Positions 37,596-48,435 are shown, counted from the stretch's first letter. The stretch: 64,000 bases of DNA from an uncultured Roseivirgaceae bacterium (GCA_964488585.1 CAZAWQ010000095.1:531-64530); one strand, 5' to 3'. The notes: generated by a model not told the origin, from the letters alone. A program made the numbers and translations.

Positions 37596-38620
37596 TCGAG
37601 GATTTGGTCTTTTATACCTGAGGTGGCTTTGGTTAAGAATTGACCGTCATCATCACTGTAAATGAAATATGCCTCCAGCTCTTCCTGGGCAGTTACTATA
37701 TCCAGGGCCTTTTTAAGTCCAAGCACCATGAACGCGGTAGCATAAGCGTCAGCGGTGGCACAATCCCCAGCAAATACTGATGCACTAAGCAGATTATGCT
37801 GTACAGGATGCCCGGTAAAAGGGCTGATAGTATGGGTGTATTTTTTACCATCCTTTATATGGAAATTTCGATAATTGCCAGAAGTAGCTATCGCGACATT
37901 GTCTAAGGAAACCATAGCCTGTACTGATTGTTGATGGTCCTCTGGTTTTTCGATAAATATCGCCCACGGTTTGCCCCTTTCATTAACACCCTTGGCTGCT
38001 ATTTCACCTCCTATTTCCACAAAGATGTTTTCCAGGTCTTTCTCCATTAGAAAATCCACCACCAGGTCTACTGCATATCCCTTAGCAATGGCGCTGAAGT
38101 CCAGTTGGACTTTGGATTCCAGTTTACATACGGCATATTCATCAAAAAATATTTTTTCAAAACCAACTTTGGTTAACAGGTAATCGACTTCATCCTGGTT
38201 TGGCAGCTCACTTTCCACCGGCCCAAAACCCCAGGCCACAACCAATGGCATAACAGTAGGGTCAAATGCACCGATTGTTTTCTGATAAATTGATCTGCTT
38301 TTAATCAGCATTTCATAAAAGTAAGGTCTCTCAAACTTATGTAGTGTGCTCTTGTTGAATCGACTGATCTCAGATTCAGGTATATAAGTAGAAAGGCATA
38401 GGTTAATGTCCTCCAGCAAAGAATCTATGGAGGTTTGATAACTAATGGATTCAGAAACGAGGTATTTGACTTGGTAGCTGGTGCCCATAGTGGCCCCAGT
38501 CAACTCTACCTTATCCCATTCTTTCAGGTTGTCCCTTGATTCCCTTAACCACCACACAAACCCCATCGCAATAATTAGTGCGAATGTGTAGAGGATATTT
38601 TTCCATTTGGATTTAGTCAT
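37592..38620 (-). CDS. apbE: FAD:protein FMN transferase (ApbE family)
   Basis: GAFDPTV, FSAIAKGYAVD, ATSGNY and a C-terminal TADAYATA are ApbE hallmarks. Its stop overlaps the methyltransferase start by 4 nt. ATG at 38620 preferred. Confidence 0.9.
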   Translation of the reverse strand: MTKSKWKNILYTFALIIAMGFVWWLRESRDNLKEWDKVELTGATMGTSYQVKYLVSESISYQTSIDSLLEDINLCLSTYIPESEISRFNKSTLHKFERPYFYEMLIKSRSIYQKTIGAFDPTVMPLVVAWGFGPVESELPNQDEVDYLLTKVGFEKIFFDEYAVCKLESKVQLDFSAIAKGYAVDLVVDFLMEKDLENIFVEIGGEIAAKGVNERGKPWAIFIEKPEDHQQSVQAMVSLDNVAIATSGNYRNFHIKDGKKYTHTISPFTGHPVQHNLLSASVFAGDCATADAYATAFMVLGLKKALDIVTAQEELEAYFIYSDDDGQFLTKATSGIKDQILE

Positions 38621-38745
38621 TACTCGAGCAGAGGACAAATATTAAATCCAAAGTTAAAGAAGTATTAATACAATTAACAATTGACAGACTCTGTTACTCC
38701 ACACTGTTGCTACACCCGCAGCCCGGAACCTGTAACGCGAATCGC

Positions 38746-38787
38746 GCGAAATGAAATTCATAATTTCTCATTTCTAATTCCTAATTG
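38746..38787 (+). repeat. Short interspersed AT-rich repeat (copy 1)
   Basis: Contains TTTCTCATTTCTAATTCcTAATTG (38764-38787). This matches 53262-53285 at 23 of 24 positions. Confidence 0.6.
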
Positions 38788-38826
38788 ATAATATGTTGGT
38801 TAACTTAAACCCGTCAATTTTTGAAT

Positions 38827-39852
38827 ATGCGAGAAGATTATCTCAGTGAAGACCCCTCTCAGTTAAGTCCGGCGAAAAAGGAATTTGAAAAAGCCCTTCG
38901 TCCACTAAGTTTTAAAGAATTTGCGGGTCAGCAGAAAGTCGTTGAAAATATAAAGATTTTTGTTCAGGCCGCTCAACTAAGAGCTGAACCGCTAGATCAT
39001 GTTCTCCTACATGGTCCACCCGGACTAGGAAAAACCACACTGGCTCATATCATAGCGAATGAACTGGATTCAAACTTAAAAATCTCTTCCGGGCCGGTGC
39101 TGGACAAGCCCGGTGACCTGGCAGGACTTTTGACTAACCTAGAGGAATGTGATGTATTGTTTATTGATGAGATCCACCGGCTGAACCCGGTGGTTGAAGA
39201 GTATCTGTATGCAGCCATGGAGGATTATAAAATTGATATAATGCTCGACTCCGGACCCAGTGCTCGATCTATCCAAATTACACTTAACCCCTTTACCCTG
39301 ATAGGAGCTACCACCCGGGCAGGATTACTAACAGCCCCTCTACGAGCCAGGTTTGGTATTAATTCCAGGCTGGAATATTACGATGCCAAAATATTGTATG
39401 GCATTATAAAAAGGTCTGCAGCAATCCTGGATACTCCAATCGAAGATGATGCCGCCTATGAACTAGCAAGACGTAGCAGGGGTACACCCCGGGTTGCCAA
39501 CAATTTGTTACGTCGTACCAGGGACTTTGCTCAAATAAAGGGTGAGGGACGAATTACTCAGGAAATTGCGAACATAGCGTTAACAGCATTGGAAGTGGAT
39601 GATAACGGACTGGATGACATGGACAATAGGATCTTAAATACTATCATAAAGAAATTTAATGGCGGTCCGGTGGGCATAAGTACCATTGCCACCGCCTGCA
39701 GTGAAGAAGCCGATACTATTGAGGAAGTGTACGAACCCTTTTTGATAAAAGAGGGGTATATTAAAAGAACCGCACGAGGCCGGGAGGCTACTGAGCTTGC
39801 CTATCGACATCTTGGCATAATGCCACCAGGGAAAACGGGAACTCTGTTTTAG
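38827..39852 (+). CDS. ruvB: Holliday junction branch migration DNA helicase RuvB
   Basis: LRP..F.EF.GQ..V, Walker [21 protein letters not shown] and RGTPR.ANNLLRR are canonical RuvB motifs. Confidence 0.97.
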   Translation: MREDYLSEDPSQLSPAKKEFEKALRPLSFKEFAGQQKVVENIKIFVQAAQLRAEPLDHVLLHGPPGLGKTTLAHIIANELDSNLKISSGPVLDKPGDLAGLLTNLEECDVLFIDEIHRLNPVVEEYLYAAMEDYKIDIMLDSGPSARSIQITLNPFTLIGATTRAGLLTAPLRARFGINSRLEYYDAKILYGIIKRSAAILDTPIEDDAAYELARRSRGTPRVANNLLRRTRDFAQIKGEGRITQEIANIALTALEVDDNGLDDMDNRILNTIIKKFNGGPVGISTIATACSEEADTIEEVYEPFLIKEGYIKRTARGREATELAYRHLGIMPPGKTGTLF

Positions 39853-39886
39853 TAGCCGGGCGCTTGGCGCGGGAGTCTTGGCGCTA

Positions 39887-39927
39887 CAATTTCAAATTCG
39901 TAATTTTTAATTATTAATCGTTAATTT
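39887..39927 (+). repeat. Short AT-rich repeat related to copies 1 and 3 (diverged)
   Basis: CAATTTCAAATTCGTAATTTTTAATTATTAATCGTTAATT repeats the AATTCnTAATT-type word seen at 38746-38787 and 53241-53287. It is preceded by a GC-rich segment, as in copy 1. Confidence 0.35.
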
Positions 39928-40536
39928 TCAATCCTTACGGTGCCTGGATTTCAACACATCCACAACTTCAGCAAGCGATACTTCTTTATGTTCCAACAAC
40001 ACTAACAAATGAAACAACAAATCCGCTGTCTCTTCTTTCAGCTTTTGGGTATTTGATTCTTTAGCCTCAATAACTACCTCCACCGCCTCTTCTCCTACTT
40101 TTTGGGCTATTCTATTAATACCTGAAGCAAAAAGGGAGGCCGTGTATGATCCTTCTGGTGCAGTCCTTTTTCGGTTTCCAATTATTTTTTGCAACTCTTG
40201 TAAAAACTGTATCTCATTTTCAATATTCTCGGACCCAAAACAGGTGTCTGTGCCCAAGTGGCAGGTAGGCCCAAGTGGTTGGGCTTTTATCAACAACGTG
40301 TCCCCATCACAATCTGCTTTTAAGGAGTCCAACTTCAGAAAATTTCCAGAAGTCTCTCCTTTGGTCCACAATCGTCGTTTAGAACGACTGTAGAATGTTA
40401 CTTTTCCGGACTTCCTGGTGACTTCCAGCGCCTGCTGGTTCATATAGCCTAACATGAGTACCTGTTTGGTTTTACTGTCTTGAATCACCGCTGGAATCAG
40501 CCCGTTATTCTTATCAAAATTTAGTTCCTTATTCAT
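39928..40536 (-). CDS. hisIE: Bifunctional phosphoribosyl-AMP cyclohydrolase / phosphoribosyl-ATP diphosphatase
   Basis: LIPAVIQD....VLMLGYMN..A (HisI) and a C-terminal EE..E.....[11 protein letters not shown] (HisE). Last gene of the his operon. Confidence 0.95.
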   Translation of the reverse strand: MNKELNFDKNNGLIPAVIQDSKTKQVLMLGYMNQQALEVTRKSGKVTFYSRSKRRLWTKGETSGNFLKLDSLKADCDGDTLLIKAQPLGPTCHLGTDTCFGSENIENEIQFLQELQKIIGNRKRTAPEGSYTASLFASGINRIAQKVGEEAVEVVIEAKESNTQKLKEETADLLFHLLVLLEHKEVSLAEVVDVLKSRHRKD

Positions 40537-41288
40537 ATTCGCATTGGTAGGCCTGCTGCCCGTAATTGTTTCTTTAAATCCATAATATCCACTTCGTTAA
40601 AGTGGAAAATACTCGCTGCTAATGCCGCGTCAGCCTTTCCGCTGGTAAACACCTCAACAAAATGATCTACCCCTCCTCCTCCACCTGAAGCAATAATCGG
40701 GATGGTCAGTTTGGTAGACAATTGACAGGTGAGCTCATTTGCGAAGCCGGTTTTGGTGCCATCGTGGTCCATAGAAGTAAGTAAGATCTCACCTGCACCT
40801 CTTTCTTCAACCTCCAATGCCCAGCTAAGAGTTTCCAGGGTGGTGGGCCTGCTACCTCCATGAGTGTGCACCAAGTTTTTTCCGTGCTGATTTCTGGAAT
40901 CAATGGCTACCACAATGCATTGACTGCCAAAAGTAGCCGCCAGTTCGTTTATCAGCTGAGGCTGACCTACAGCAGCCGAATTCACCGATACTTTATCCGC
41001 TCCCGCGTTAAGCAAGTCCGATACATGCTTTACCTGTGAAATACCGCCACCCACGGTGAAAGGAATATTGATCTCCCTGGCCACTTTCCTTACTAGATCT
41101 ATCAGGGTTTTACGATTCTCAAGAGTAGCGGTAATGTCCAAAAAAACCAGTTCATCTGCACCGGCATGGGAGTAAACAGCCGCTTGTTCCACCGGGTCCC
41201 CAGCATCTATCAGCGACACAAAGTTCACTCCCTTTACAGTTCGGCCGTTCTTTATGTCAAGACACGGTATGATTCTTTTGGTTAGCAT
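40533..41288 (-). CDS. hisF: Imidazole glycerol phosphate synthase, cyclase subunit
   Basis: KRIIPCLD...GR.VKGV.F and GADKVS.NSAAV motifs of HisF. Confidence 0.96.
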   Translation of the reverse strand: MLTKRIIPCLDIKNGRTVKGVNFVSLIDAGDPVEQAAVYSHAGADELVFLDITATLENRKTLIDLVRKVAREINIPFTVGGGISQVKHVSDLLNAGADKVSVNSAAVGQPQLINELAATFGSQCIVVAIDSRNQHGKNLVHTHGGSRPTTLETLSWALEVEERGAGEILLTSMDHDGTKTGFANELTCQLSTKLTIPIIASGGGGGVDHFVEVFTSGKADAALAASIFHFNEVDIMDLKKQLRAAGLPMRI

Positions 41289-41290
41289 TT

Positions 41291-42004
41291 CTAAAATTTA
41301 GATAGTTCCTTTAAGGTAATCCTTCCTTCATATATGGCCTTCCCTACAATAACGCCGGCTACTCCACTAAACTTCAAGTCTCTTAAGTCCTGTATGCTAC
41401 TGACCCCTCCGCTGGCAATTATTGACAGTTGGGGATATGCTTTTACCAGCCATTTGTACAAACCAACTGCGGGCCCTTGCAATAACCCGTCCTTACTCAC
41501 ATCGGTACAAATGACCTGACGAATTCCTTTCTGGAAATAATAGTCCAGAAAGTCACTTAAGTTCCATTCGGATTGTTCCTGCCAGCCGCTAATAGCGATT
41601 TTCTCATCCCGAACATCCGCACCTAGAATGATTTTCCCTGCTCCAAATTCATTTAGCCAACCTTCAAATTGGTCAGGCTTTTTTACCGCGATACTACCAC
41701 CTGTAACCTGTTTGGCACCTGCATCAAATACTTTTAAGAGGTCGTCCCTGGATTGAACTCCTCCCCCGAAATCTATTTCAAGATTGGTATTGTTGGATAT
41801 TTTTTTTAATACCTCAAGGTTAATTACTTTTTTGGCTTTTGCTCCGTCCAGATCCACCAGGTGTAATCTTTTTATACCCGCATCCTGAAACTCCAAAGCC
41901 ATTTCCAATGGATTATCCCGGTATACGGTTTTTTGCTGATAATCACCCTTAGACAGTCGAACACATTTTCCTCCAATGACGTCTATAGCCGGTATTATGT
42001 CCAT
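41291..42004 (-). CDS. hisA: ProFAR isomerase
   Basis: IIPAID...GKCVRL..GD and HLVDLDGA motifs. Sits between hisH and hisF. Confidence 0.95.
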   Translation of the reverse strand: MDIIPAIDVIGGKCVRLSKGDYQQKTVYRDNPLEMALEFQDAGIKRLHLVDLDGAKAKKVINLEVLKKISNNTNLEIDFGGGVQSRDDLLKVFDAGAKQVTGGSIAVKKPDQFEGWLNEFGAGKIILGADVRDEKIAISGWQEQSEWNLSDFLDYYFQKGIRQVICTDVSKDGLLQGPAVGLYKWLVKAYPQLSIIASGGVSSIQDLRDLKFSGVAGVIVGKAIYEGRITLKELSKF

Positions 42005-42005
42005 G

Positions 42006-42593
42006 TTACAGTTTTAAAAAGTTTGCAAGAATGGTCTGACCAGAATCACTACTTTTCTCAGGGTGAGCCTGGACTGCATAGTAATTATCCTTATGCAATG
42101 CCCCACTAAATGGGATAATATACTCTGTGGTCCCAATAGTTTCTACTCCAAGTTCTGCATAATAGCTATGTACATAATACAGATAGGGGTTTTCAAGTCC
42201 TGAGAATAGGGGACTTTCGTTGATCTTTAGACAATTCCAACCCATATGGGGCACTTTGTAGGTTCTCTTTTCAGTTTGAAACTTTTTTACCTGAAGGTCG
42301 AACATACCCAAACATTCGGTATCACCTTCCTCGCTGTAACGACACATAAGTTGTAAGCCTATACAAATTCCCAGGAATGGTTGATGTAGTGAGGTAAGAA
42401 CCTGGTCCAAGCCCTTAGCCCTTAAATATGCCATGGCACTTTTAGCCTCTCCTTGCCCAGGGAAAATGACCTTATCTGCGGACTTGATCTCTTGATGATC
42501 ATCAGTATGCAGTGGATCTACTCCCAGTCGCTGTAGTGCGTAAATCACTGATTGGACATTTCCAGCATTGTATTTTACAACTGCAATTTTCAT
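42006..42593 (-). CDS. hisH: Imidazole glycerol phosphate synthase, glutamine amidotransferase subunit
   Basis: Y.AGN..S........G, the GICIGLQL catalytic Cys and VPHMGWN. Confidence 0.95.
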   Translation of the reverse strand: MKIAVVKYNAGNVQSVIYALQRLGVDPLHTDDHQEIKSADKVIFPGQGEAKSAMAYLRAKGLDQVLTSLHQPFLGICIGLQLMCRYSEEGDTECLGMFDLQVKKFQTEKRTYKVPHMGWNCLKINESPLFSGLENPYLYYVHSYYAELGVETIGTTEYIIPFSGALHKDNYYAVQAHPEKSSDSGQTILANFLKL

Positions 42594-43684
42594 TATAAAA
42601 CCCCTTTGGTACTGGGTAGTTGGTTGTTATTAATATCCTGTCCAACAGCCATTTTTATTGACCTGGCAAAAGCCTTGAAAATTGCCTCAATTTTATGATG
42701 CTCATTTTTCCCTTCAGCCTTAATATTAAGATTACATTTTGCCGTGTCGGTGAAACTCTTAAAAAAATGGAAGAACATTTCGGTGGGCATACCACCAACC
42801 ATTTCTCTTTTGAACCCCGCATCCCATTCCAACCAGTTCCGTCCTCCGAAATCAATGGCTACCTGGGCCAGGCAGTCATCCATGGGAAGACAGTACCCAT
42901 ATCGTTCTATACCCCTTTTATCTCCCAGGGCTCTGTAGAAAGCCTCTCCCAGGGCCAACGCGGTGTCTTCGATGGTATGGTGTTCATCAACTTCAAGATC
43001 ACCTTTGACGGTTACCTTAAGATCCAGTTGACCGTGTTTCGCCAATTGATCCAACATGTGATCAAAAAAGCCAATACCTGTATGGTTCTTTGACAGCCCC
43101 TGTCCATTCAGACGAAGATCAATGGATATCTCTGTTTCGTTAGTATTTCTTTTTACCTGTACCTGGCGGTCGGTGCCTATTAGGAAGGTGAATATTTCAC
43201 TCCAGTGAGCGGTGCACAACACCGTATCCGGTTCTATGTTTTTACCTATGAAAATTGCCTGAGCACCTAGGTTCTTCGCCAGTTGAATGTCAGATGCCCG
43301 GTCTCCAATTACAAATGAATTAGCCAGATCATATGACCCATCCAGGAATCTGGTGAGCATTGCCGTACCCGGTTTTCGGGTATCTGCTCCTTCCGACTCA
43401 AAAGTACGATCAATAAGTATGTCATTAAATTGTACTCCAGCACCTTCCAGTGTCTCTAACATCTTGTTTTGAGCTGGCCAAAACTGGTCTTCAGGAAAAG
43501 AAGAAGTACCCAGGCCATCCTGATTGGTTACCATAATCAGCTCATATGATAGTCTTTTGGATATATGGTGTAAGGCAACTAATGATCCGGGAAGAAATGA
43601 GAGCTTTTCAAGTGAATCAACCTGTTCATCAGGAGGTTCCTGTATGATGGTACCATCCCTGTCTATGAATAAAACCTTTTTCAT
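42593..43684 (-). CDS. hisB: Bifunctional histidinol-phosphatase / imidazoleglycerol-phosphate dehydratase
   Basis: N-terminal HAD motif LFIDRDGT. The C-terminal IGPD motifs are GIGFFDHML and HH..E..FKA.ARS. Confidence 0.95.
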   Translation of the reverse strand: MKKVLFIDRDGTIIQEPPDEQVDSLEKLSFLPGSLVALHHISKRLSYELIMVTNQDGLGTSSFPEDQFWPAQNKMLETLEGAGVQFNDILIDRTFESEGADTRKPGTAMLTRFLDGSYDLANSFVIGDRASDIQLAKNLGAQAIFIGKNIEPDTVLCTAHWSEIFTFLIGTDRQVQVKRNTNETEISIDLRLNGQGLSKNHTGIGFFDHMLDQLAKHGQLDLKVTVKGDLEVDEHHTIEDTALALGEAFYRALGDKRGIERYGYCLPMDDCLAQVAIDFGGRNWLEWDAGFKREMVGGMPTEMFFHFFKSFTDTAKCNLNIKAEGKNEHHKIEAIFKAFARSIKMAVGQDINNNQLPSTKGVL

Positions 43685-44742
43685 AATTCAATTGTGTTTA
43701 GAATGTCCAGCAATCTTTGATTCTCTTCTTCGGTACCTACGGTAATCCTCAAACAGCCTTCACAAAGTTGGATCCTGCTGCGGTCTCGAACCACTATCTG
43801 ATTATCGATTAAGATATTGAATATAGTGGTTGCTTGTTTCACTTTAACTAATAGGAAATTGGCTTCAGAGGGATAAACTTGTTCTACGATTTTTAACTGA
43901 GAAAGCTCATTTCTCAGCCACTCCCGGCCATTTTGTACACGTGCCACCACCATATTGATCTCATGGGCATCTTCAATAGCGGTCAAAGCATGCATTTGAG
44001 TGAGTTGATTTACGTTATACGGTGGTTTGACTCTGTTGAGATAATACATTATTTCCTTTGAGGTATAACCCACACCTAATCGAATACCAGCAAGCCCCCA
44101 GGCCTTCGAAAAGGTCTGTATAACTACTAGATTAGCATGTTCTGTACACTGCTCAATAAAACCAGGGTCTTTTGCAAAATCAATATATGCTTCATCTATG
44201 ACTATAATGCCTCCAAATTCGTCCAGGATTTTTTGCACTTGAGACTTTCCCAACAAGTTGCCTGTCGGATTATTCGGAGAACAAAGGAAGATGATCTTTG
44301 AATGTTCGCTCACTGTCCGAAGCACCTCGTCAGCATTGAGCTCAAACAACTCTGACAATGGAACTTCATTTACTGCCACATTATTGATAGCTGCCGCCAC
44401 CTTATACATTCCATAGGTAGGTGTAGTGGTAATGATTTCGTTCCTTCCTGGTTCACAAAATATTCTTATGAGCAGATCTATGATTTCGTCACTGCCATTC
44501 CCCAAAAATATGCTATCCACAAGGTGGCCTTTTACTTCTGATAGCTTTTCTTTGATGGCCCTTTGATAAGGATCAGGGTATCTGTTGAGCATCTGATTAT
44601 TGTCAGCCATGCCTATGGAACCCCAGGCATTTTCATTTGCGTCTAGTAAGGTAAGTCCATAGTCCATATATTGCTCTCTTGCCGAAGTATATGGTCGCAA
44701 AGTCTTTATGTTATCACGTACTAACTGATCTATAGCTGTCAT
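43681..44742 (-). CDS. hisC: Histidinol-phosphate aminotransferase
   Basis: LDANEN, NRYPDP, NPNNPTG and the [13 protein letters not shown]-lysine motif. Confidence 0.95.
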   Translation of the reverse strand: MTAIDQLVRDNIKTLRPYTSAREQYMDYGLTLLDANENAWGSIGMADNNQMLNRYPDPYQRAIKEKLSEVKGHLVDSIFLGNGSDEIIDLLIRIFCEPGRNEIITTTPTYGMYKVAAAINNVAVNEVPLSELFELNADEVLRTVSEHSKIIFLCSPNNPTGNLLGKSQVQKILDEFGGIIVIDEAYIDFAKDPGFIEQCTEHANLVVIQTFSKAWGLAGIRLGVGYTSKEIMYYLNRVKPPYNVNQLTQMHALTAIEDAHEINMVVARVQNGREWLRNELSQLKIVEQVYPSEANFLLVKVKQATTIFNILIDNQIVVRDRSRIQLCEGCLRITVGTEEENQRLLDILNTIEL

Positions 44743-44744
44743 GA

Positions 44745-46019
44745 CTATACTTTTGTGGATTTACGTCGTATAGATACCGCTCTTTTGTGGGCCTCCAGTC
44801 CTTCTGCTGCGGCCATAACCTCCACGGTGTCCCCCACCTGCTCAAGTCCCTCCCGGGTAATTTCCTGAAAAGTGATCTTTTTTAGGAAAGTATCCAGAGA
44901 AACACCTGCGTACATCCTGGCGTTACCATTGGTTGGTAAGGTGTGGTTAGTACCGGAGGCGTAATCACCGGCTGATTCCGGGGTATATGCCCCCAGGAAC
45001 ACCGAACCCGCATTAATCACCTTATCCGCCCACTGATGGGCGTTTTCTAGGTTTAAAATAAGATGTTCGGGAGCGTAGGTGTTTAAAAAGTCCATAGCCG
45101 TATTGAGCTCCTCGAAAAGCACAAATTTACTTTGATCCAGGGCTTCTTGAGCAATTTCTTTCCTGGGAAGAATCTCAAGTTGATCAATAATTGCAGCGTT
45201 TACCTTTTTGATCAGTTCCGGTGAATCAGTAGCCAATATCACCTGGCTGTCCGGACCGTGTTCAGCTTGTGACAACAGATCAGCTGCAATAAACTCAGGA
45301 TTTGCCTGATCATCAGCTAGGATAGCTACTTCAGAGGGCCCAGCCGGGAAATCGATGGCCACCATAGTGCTTACCAACTTTTTGGCCAAGGTCACATACT
45401 GGTTGCCCGGCCCCAGAATTTTATATACTTTAGGCACAGTTTCAGTACCGTATGCCATTGCAGCAATTGCCTGGGCCCCTCCAACCAGATATAATCTCTC
45501 GATCTTCAGCAGCTGGGCGGTATAAATGATAGCAGGGTGGATGCCACCATCAGCCTGAGGTGGAGTACACACCACTAGCTCCTTACATCCTGCCAACCGG
45601 GCTGGAATGGCCAGCATCAGCAGGGTCGAAAACAGTGGTGCAGATCCGCCGGGTATATATAGTCCGACACTTTCTATCGGAGTGGATTTTCTACAGCATT
45701 TGACCCCGGGCATGGTCTCAATCCAAGTGGTTTCTTCTTTTTGACTTTGGTGAAACGTCTGAATATTTTGAAAAGCTGTTTGAATGGCTTTTTTTAGTTC
45801 ACCTGAAATGGTCGGCTCACTCCGCTGAATTGTGAAAGTTAACGACAATCCACTTACACCGTCAAATTTTTCCGTATAGTCAATAAGTGCCTGATCGCCC
45901 TCCCGACGAACCTTGGCAATAATTTCCTGAACAACCCCTTCCAATTCAATTTCGGTTTCTATGGGTCTGCTAATTAATGAGTCCCAGGAACTTCTCATAG
46001 GATTGCTAATTATCTGCAT
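44745..46019 (-). CDS. hisD: Histidinol dehydrogenase
   Basis: [19 protein letters not shown] and [10 protein letters not shown] are canonical HisD motifs. Confidence 0.96.
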   Translation of the reverse strand: MQIISNPMRSSWDSLISRPIETEIELEGVVQEIIAKVRREGDQALIDYTEKFDGVSGLSLTFTIQRSEPTISGELKKAIQTAFQNIQTFHQSQKEETTWIETMPGVKCCRKSTPIESVGLYIPGGSAPLFSTLLMLAIPARLAGCKELVVCTPPQADGGIHPAIIYTAQLLKIERLYLVGGAQAIAAMAYGTETVPKVYKILGPGNQYVTLAKKLVSTMVAIDFPAGPSEVAILADDQANPEFIAADLLSQAEHGPDSQVILATDSPELIKKVNAAIIDQLEILPRKEIAQEALDQSKFVLFEELNTAMDFLNTYAPEHLILNLENAHQWADKVINAGSVFLGAYTPESAGDYASGTNHTLPTNGNARMYAGVSLDTFLKKITFQEITREGLEQVGDTVEVMAAAEGLEAHKRAVSIRRKSTKV

Positions 46020-46021
46020 AG

Positions 46022-46879
46022 CTATAGCACCATCTTTTCAATTGGAATAACTAATATTCCCTCAGCCCCAGCTTCCCTGAGGTTTTCGATCACTTCCCAG
46101 AAATCATCTTCCTTGACCACTGAGTGCAACGAGCTCCACCCTTCCTGGGCTAAAGGTAATACTGTAGGACTACGCATACCTGGCAATAGCTCAGTAATTT
46201 TGGAAATGGACTCATTTGGGGCATTTAATAGTATGTACTTGTTGCTGTTAGCAGCCTGCACTGCGTTGATTCTAAAGAGCAATTGATCCAATATCTTGCG
46301 CTTAGTCCCCCTGAGATCAGGGCGGACAACCAAAACCGCCTCAGACTGCAAGATAATTTCAACCTCGGTTAAGCCATTACTCACCAAAGTACTTCCTGTG
46401 CTTACAATATCACATATCGCTGCTGCCAATCCGATACTGGGAGCGATTTCTACACTGCCGGAGATCTCATGAATGTCAGCGGAAACCCCTTTCTTTGATA
46501 AATATGAGGACAAAATATTTGGGTAAGAAGTCGCAATACTAAGACCCGCTAAACTTTCAATACCTTGATAGTTGAATTCTTTAGGAACTGCAATGGAAAG
46601 GCGACATTTAGAGAATCTCAATTTTTTAACTACCTCCAGATCATCTGTCTTCTCCAACAGTACATTTTCCCCCACTATACCAACATCAGCTACTTGATCT
46701 GAGACGTAGCCAGGGATGTCATCATCTCTTAGGTACAGGAATTCAATGGGAAAGTTAAAAGCCTGGGCTTTCAGCCTTGCGATTCGTGTAGGAAAAGTGA
46801 TTCCACATTCTTTTATTAGTTTTAAGGAAGAATCACTGAGTCTTCCAGATTTCTGGACAGCCAGTTTTAAAGTATTCAC
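46022..46879 (-). CDS. hisG: ATP phosphoribosyltransferase (long form)
   Basis: LK.A.QKSGRLS..S..L...CGI at the N-terminus and the DIVSTGSTL motif. At 285 aa it includes the C-terminal regulatory domain. GTG start. Confidence 0.95.
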   Translation of the reverse strand: MNTLKLAVQKSGRLSDSSLKLIKECGITFPTRIARLKAQAFNFPIEFLYLRDDDIPGYVSDQVADVGIVGENVLLEKTDDLEVVKKLRFSKCRLSIAVPKEFNYQGIESLAGLSIATSYPNILSSYLSKKGVSADIHEISGSVEIAPSIGLAAAICDIVSTGSTLVSNGLTEVEIILQSEAVLVVRPDLRGTKRKILDQLLFRINAVQAANSNKYILLNAPNESISKITELLPGMRSPTVLPLAQEGWSSLHSVVKEDDFWEVIENLREAGAEGILVIPIEKMVL

Positions 46880-46934
46880 AATGATTTGATTAGAGTCCTA
46901 AAGAGAAGTTTTGAATATCTATAATTATAGTTAC

Positions 46935-47018
46935 CTAACAGCAATGATGAAAATGGTGGTCCCATAGGTGCGGCTTTGAAAAAGCGAATGCTGGGCGATA
47001 TGTTGGTGTTATAGACAT
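46935..47018 (-). CDS. Candidate His-rich leader peptide of the his operon
   Basis: The 27-codon ORF reads MSITPTYRPAFAFSKPHLWDHHFHHCC, with 5 His in the last 11 residues. It ends 55 nt upstream of the hisG GTG on the same strand. It is below the ORF-track size cutoff and I translated it by hand. Confidence 0.45.
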   Translation of the reverse strand: MSITPTYRPAFAFSKPHLWDHHFHHCC

Positions 47019-47100
47019 TTCACTACAAGTATAGGACATTTTAATTTTTCAGAAAAGGATAACTATATTTAATAGCCAAAAGCGAATAACTGTAATCCCT

Positions 47101-48042
47101 ATGTCCGTTTCGTCCTCAAGTTCAGAAAATCGCTCTATTGTGGTTAAAAAACTAGCCCAAGAAGCTGGATTTGATTTTTGTGGGATTTCCAAAGCAGAAT
47201 TTCTTGAAGATCAGGTGGCTCCCATGGAACAATGGCTAAAAGGAGGGAAACAGGGGAAAATGAGTTATATGGAGCGATATTTCGACAAGAGATTGGATCC
47301 AACTCTTTTGGTTCCCGGCGCCAAGTCAATCATTACTTTGTTATATAATCACTATCCGCCCAAAGAATTACCAAAAGACCACAACTTTCATATTGCAAAA
47401 TATGCATATGGTCAGGACTATCATCAGGTTATAAAAAATAGGATGCGAAATTTATCGGAAAAAATGAAGGCCGCACTGGGTGATATTCAAGGAAGAGCAT
47501 TTGTAGATTCGGCTCCAGTAATGGAAAGGGTTTGGGCCCAACGTAGTGGAGCAGGATGGATTGGCAAAAACAGCTTGTTGCTTACCAGAGGTGGCGGTAG
47601 TTTCTATTTTATTGCAGAACTTATTACAGACCTGGAACTTAATCCAGATGGACCTATAGCAGATTATTGTGGAACCTGTACCCGATGTATTGATAGCTGT
47701 CCAACCGATGCCATAACACCCTATCAAGTGGACGGTTCCAAATGCATCTCCTACTTCACTATTGAATTAAAAGACGAAATACCTGAGACGGTGAAAGGCA
47801 AATTTGAAAACTGGATATTCGGCTGCGATATATGTCAGGATGTGTGCCCCTGGAATAGATTCGCTAAGCCCCACCAAGAAAATGAATTTTTGCCGGTTGA
47901 TGATCTATTCCATATGGATCAGAAAAAATGGAAAGAACTTAAAGAGACATCTTATAGCAAATTGTTTAAAGGATCAGCGATAAAACGCAGCAATTTCAAG
48001 GGTTTAACCCGTAATATTCGGTTTGTTAGCGATGCGAATTAA
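47101..48042 (+). CDS. queG: tRNA epoxyqueuosine(34) reductase
   Basis: GFDFCGI near the N-terminus, two 4Fe-4S motifs (CGTCTRCIDSCPT and CDICQDVCPWN) and a C-terminal HEAT-like tail. Confidence 0.92.
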   Translation: MSVSSSSSENRSIVVKKLAQEAGFDFCGISKAEFLEDQVAPMEQWLKGGKQGKMSYMERYFDKRLDPTLLVPGAKSIITLLYNHYPPKELPKDHNFHIAKYAYGQDYHQVIKNRMRNLSEKMKAALGDIQGRAFVDSAPVMERVWAQRSGAGWIGKNSLLLTRGGGSFYFIAELITDLELNPDGPIADYCGTCTRCIDSCPTDAITPYQVDGSKCISYFTIELKDEIPETVKGKFENWIFGCDICQDVCPWNRFAKPHQENEFLPVDDLFHMDQKKWKELKETSYSKLFKGSAIKRSNFKGLTRNIRFVSDAN

Positions 48043-48086
48043 AATTCGGAGTATCCCGGGGCAATATGCTAAGATTTGACCGCTTC

Positions 48087-48287
48087 CTATGCAGGTGCAA
48101 TACCTGATGCCATAAAGCATTTTTCGATGATTGCTTGGTATATATGCCCAAACTTACCATAACACCACCGCTGTAGTTCTTTGAGCTCTGCTGCTATTAA
48201 GATCTTAATAGCTTTGCCTAGCTCTTTTTCAAAAAGGTACTTACTGAAACTTACTTTTGACAAGATAGTTTTGAAGTATTCAAGCAT
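48087..48287 (-). CDS. Hypothetical small protein
   Basis: 66-aa ORF with an ATG start, convergent with queG. No family recognised. Confidence 0.35.
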   Translation of the reverse strand: MLEYFKTILSKVSFSKYLFEKELGKAIKILIAAELKELQRWCYGKFGHIYQAIIEKCFMASGIAPA

Positions 48288-48387
48288 AATTAAAAGGGTC
48301 TGTTTTAATTTTGGATGATTTTAAATATAAACAATTAGTTTCACATTTTTTAACATTTTCGGCTAGAATTTCTTGTGGCAATTAGTT

Positions 48388-48395
48388 TACCTTTG
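48388..48395 (+). promoter_or_regulatory. Candidate -7 box (TACCTTTG) for the BatD-like gene
   Basis: Exact TAnnTTTG match 40 nt upstream of the preferred ATG at 48436. There is no well-spaced -33 TTG. Confidence 0.3.
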
Positions 48396-48435
48396 TAGCC
48401 TGCAGAAAGTGGGAATATCAATTTTCACCTCTATA

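Noticed and set aside
46880-46934. Searched for a classical intrinsic terminator (attenuator) between the His-rich leader ORF and hisG.
   Set aside because: Only the AT-rich palindrome CTATAATTATAG is present, with no GC-rich stem or U-tract. The leader finding is therefore reported without claiming the enterobacterial attenuation mechanism.
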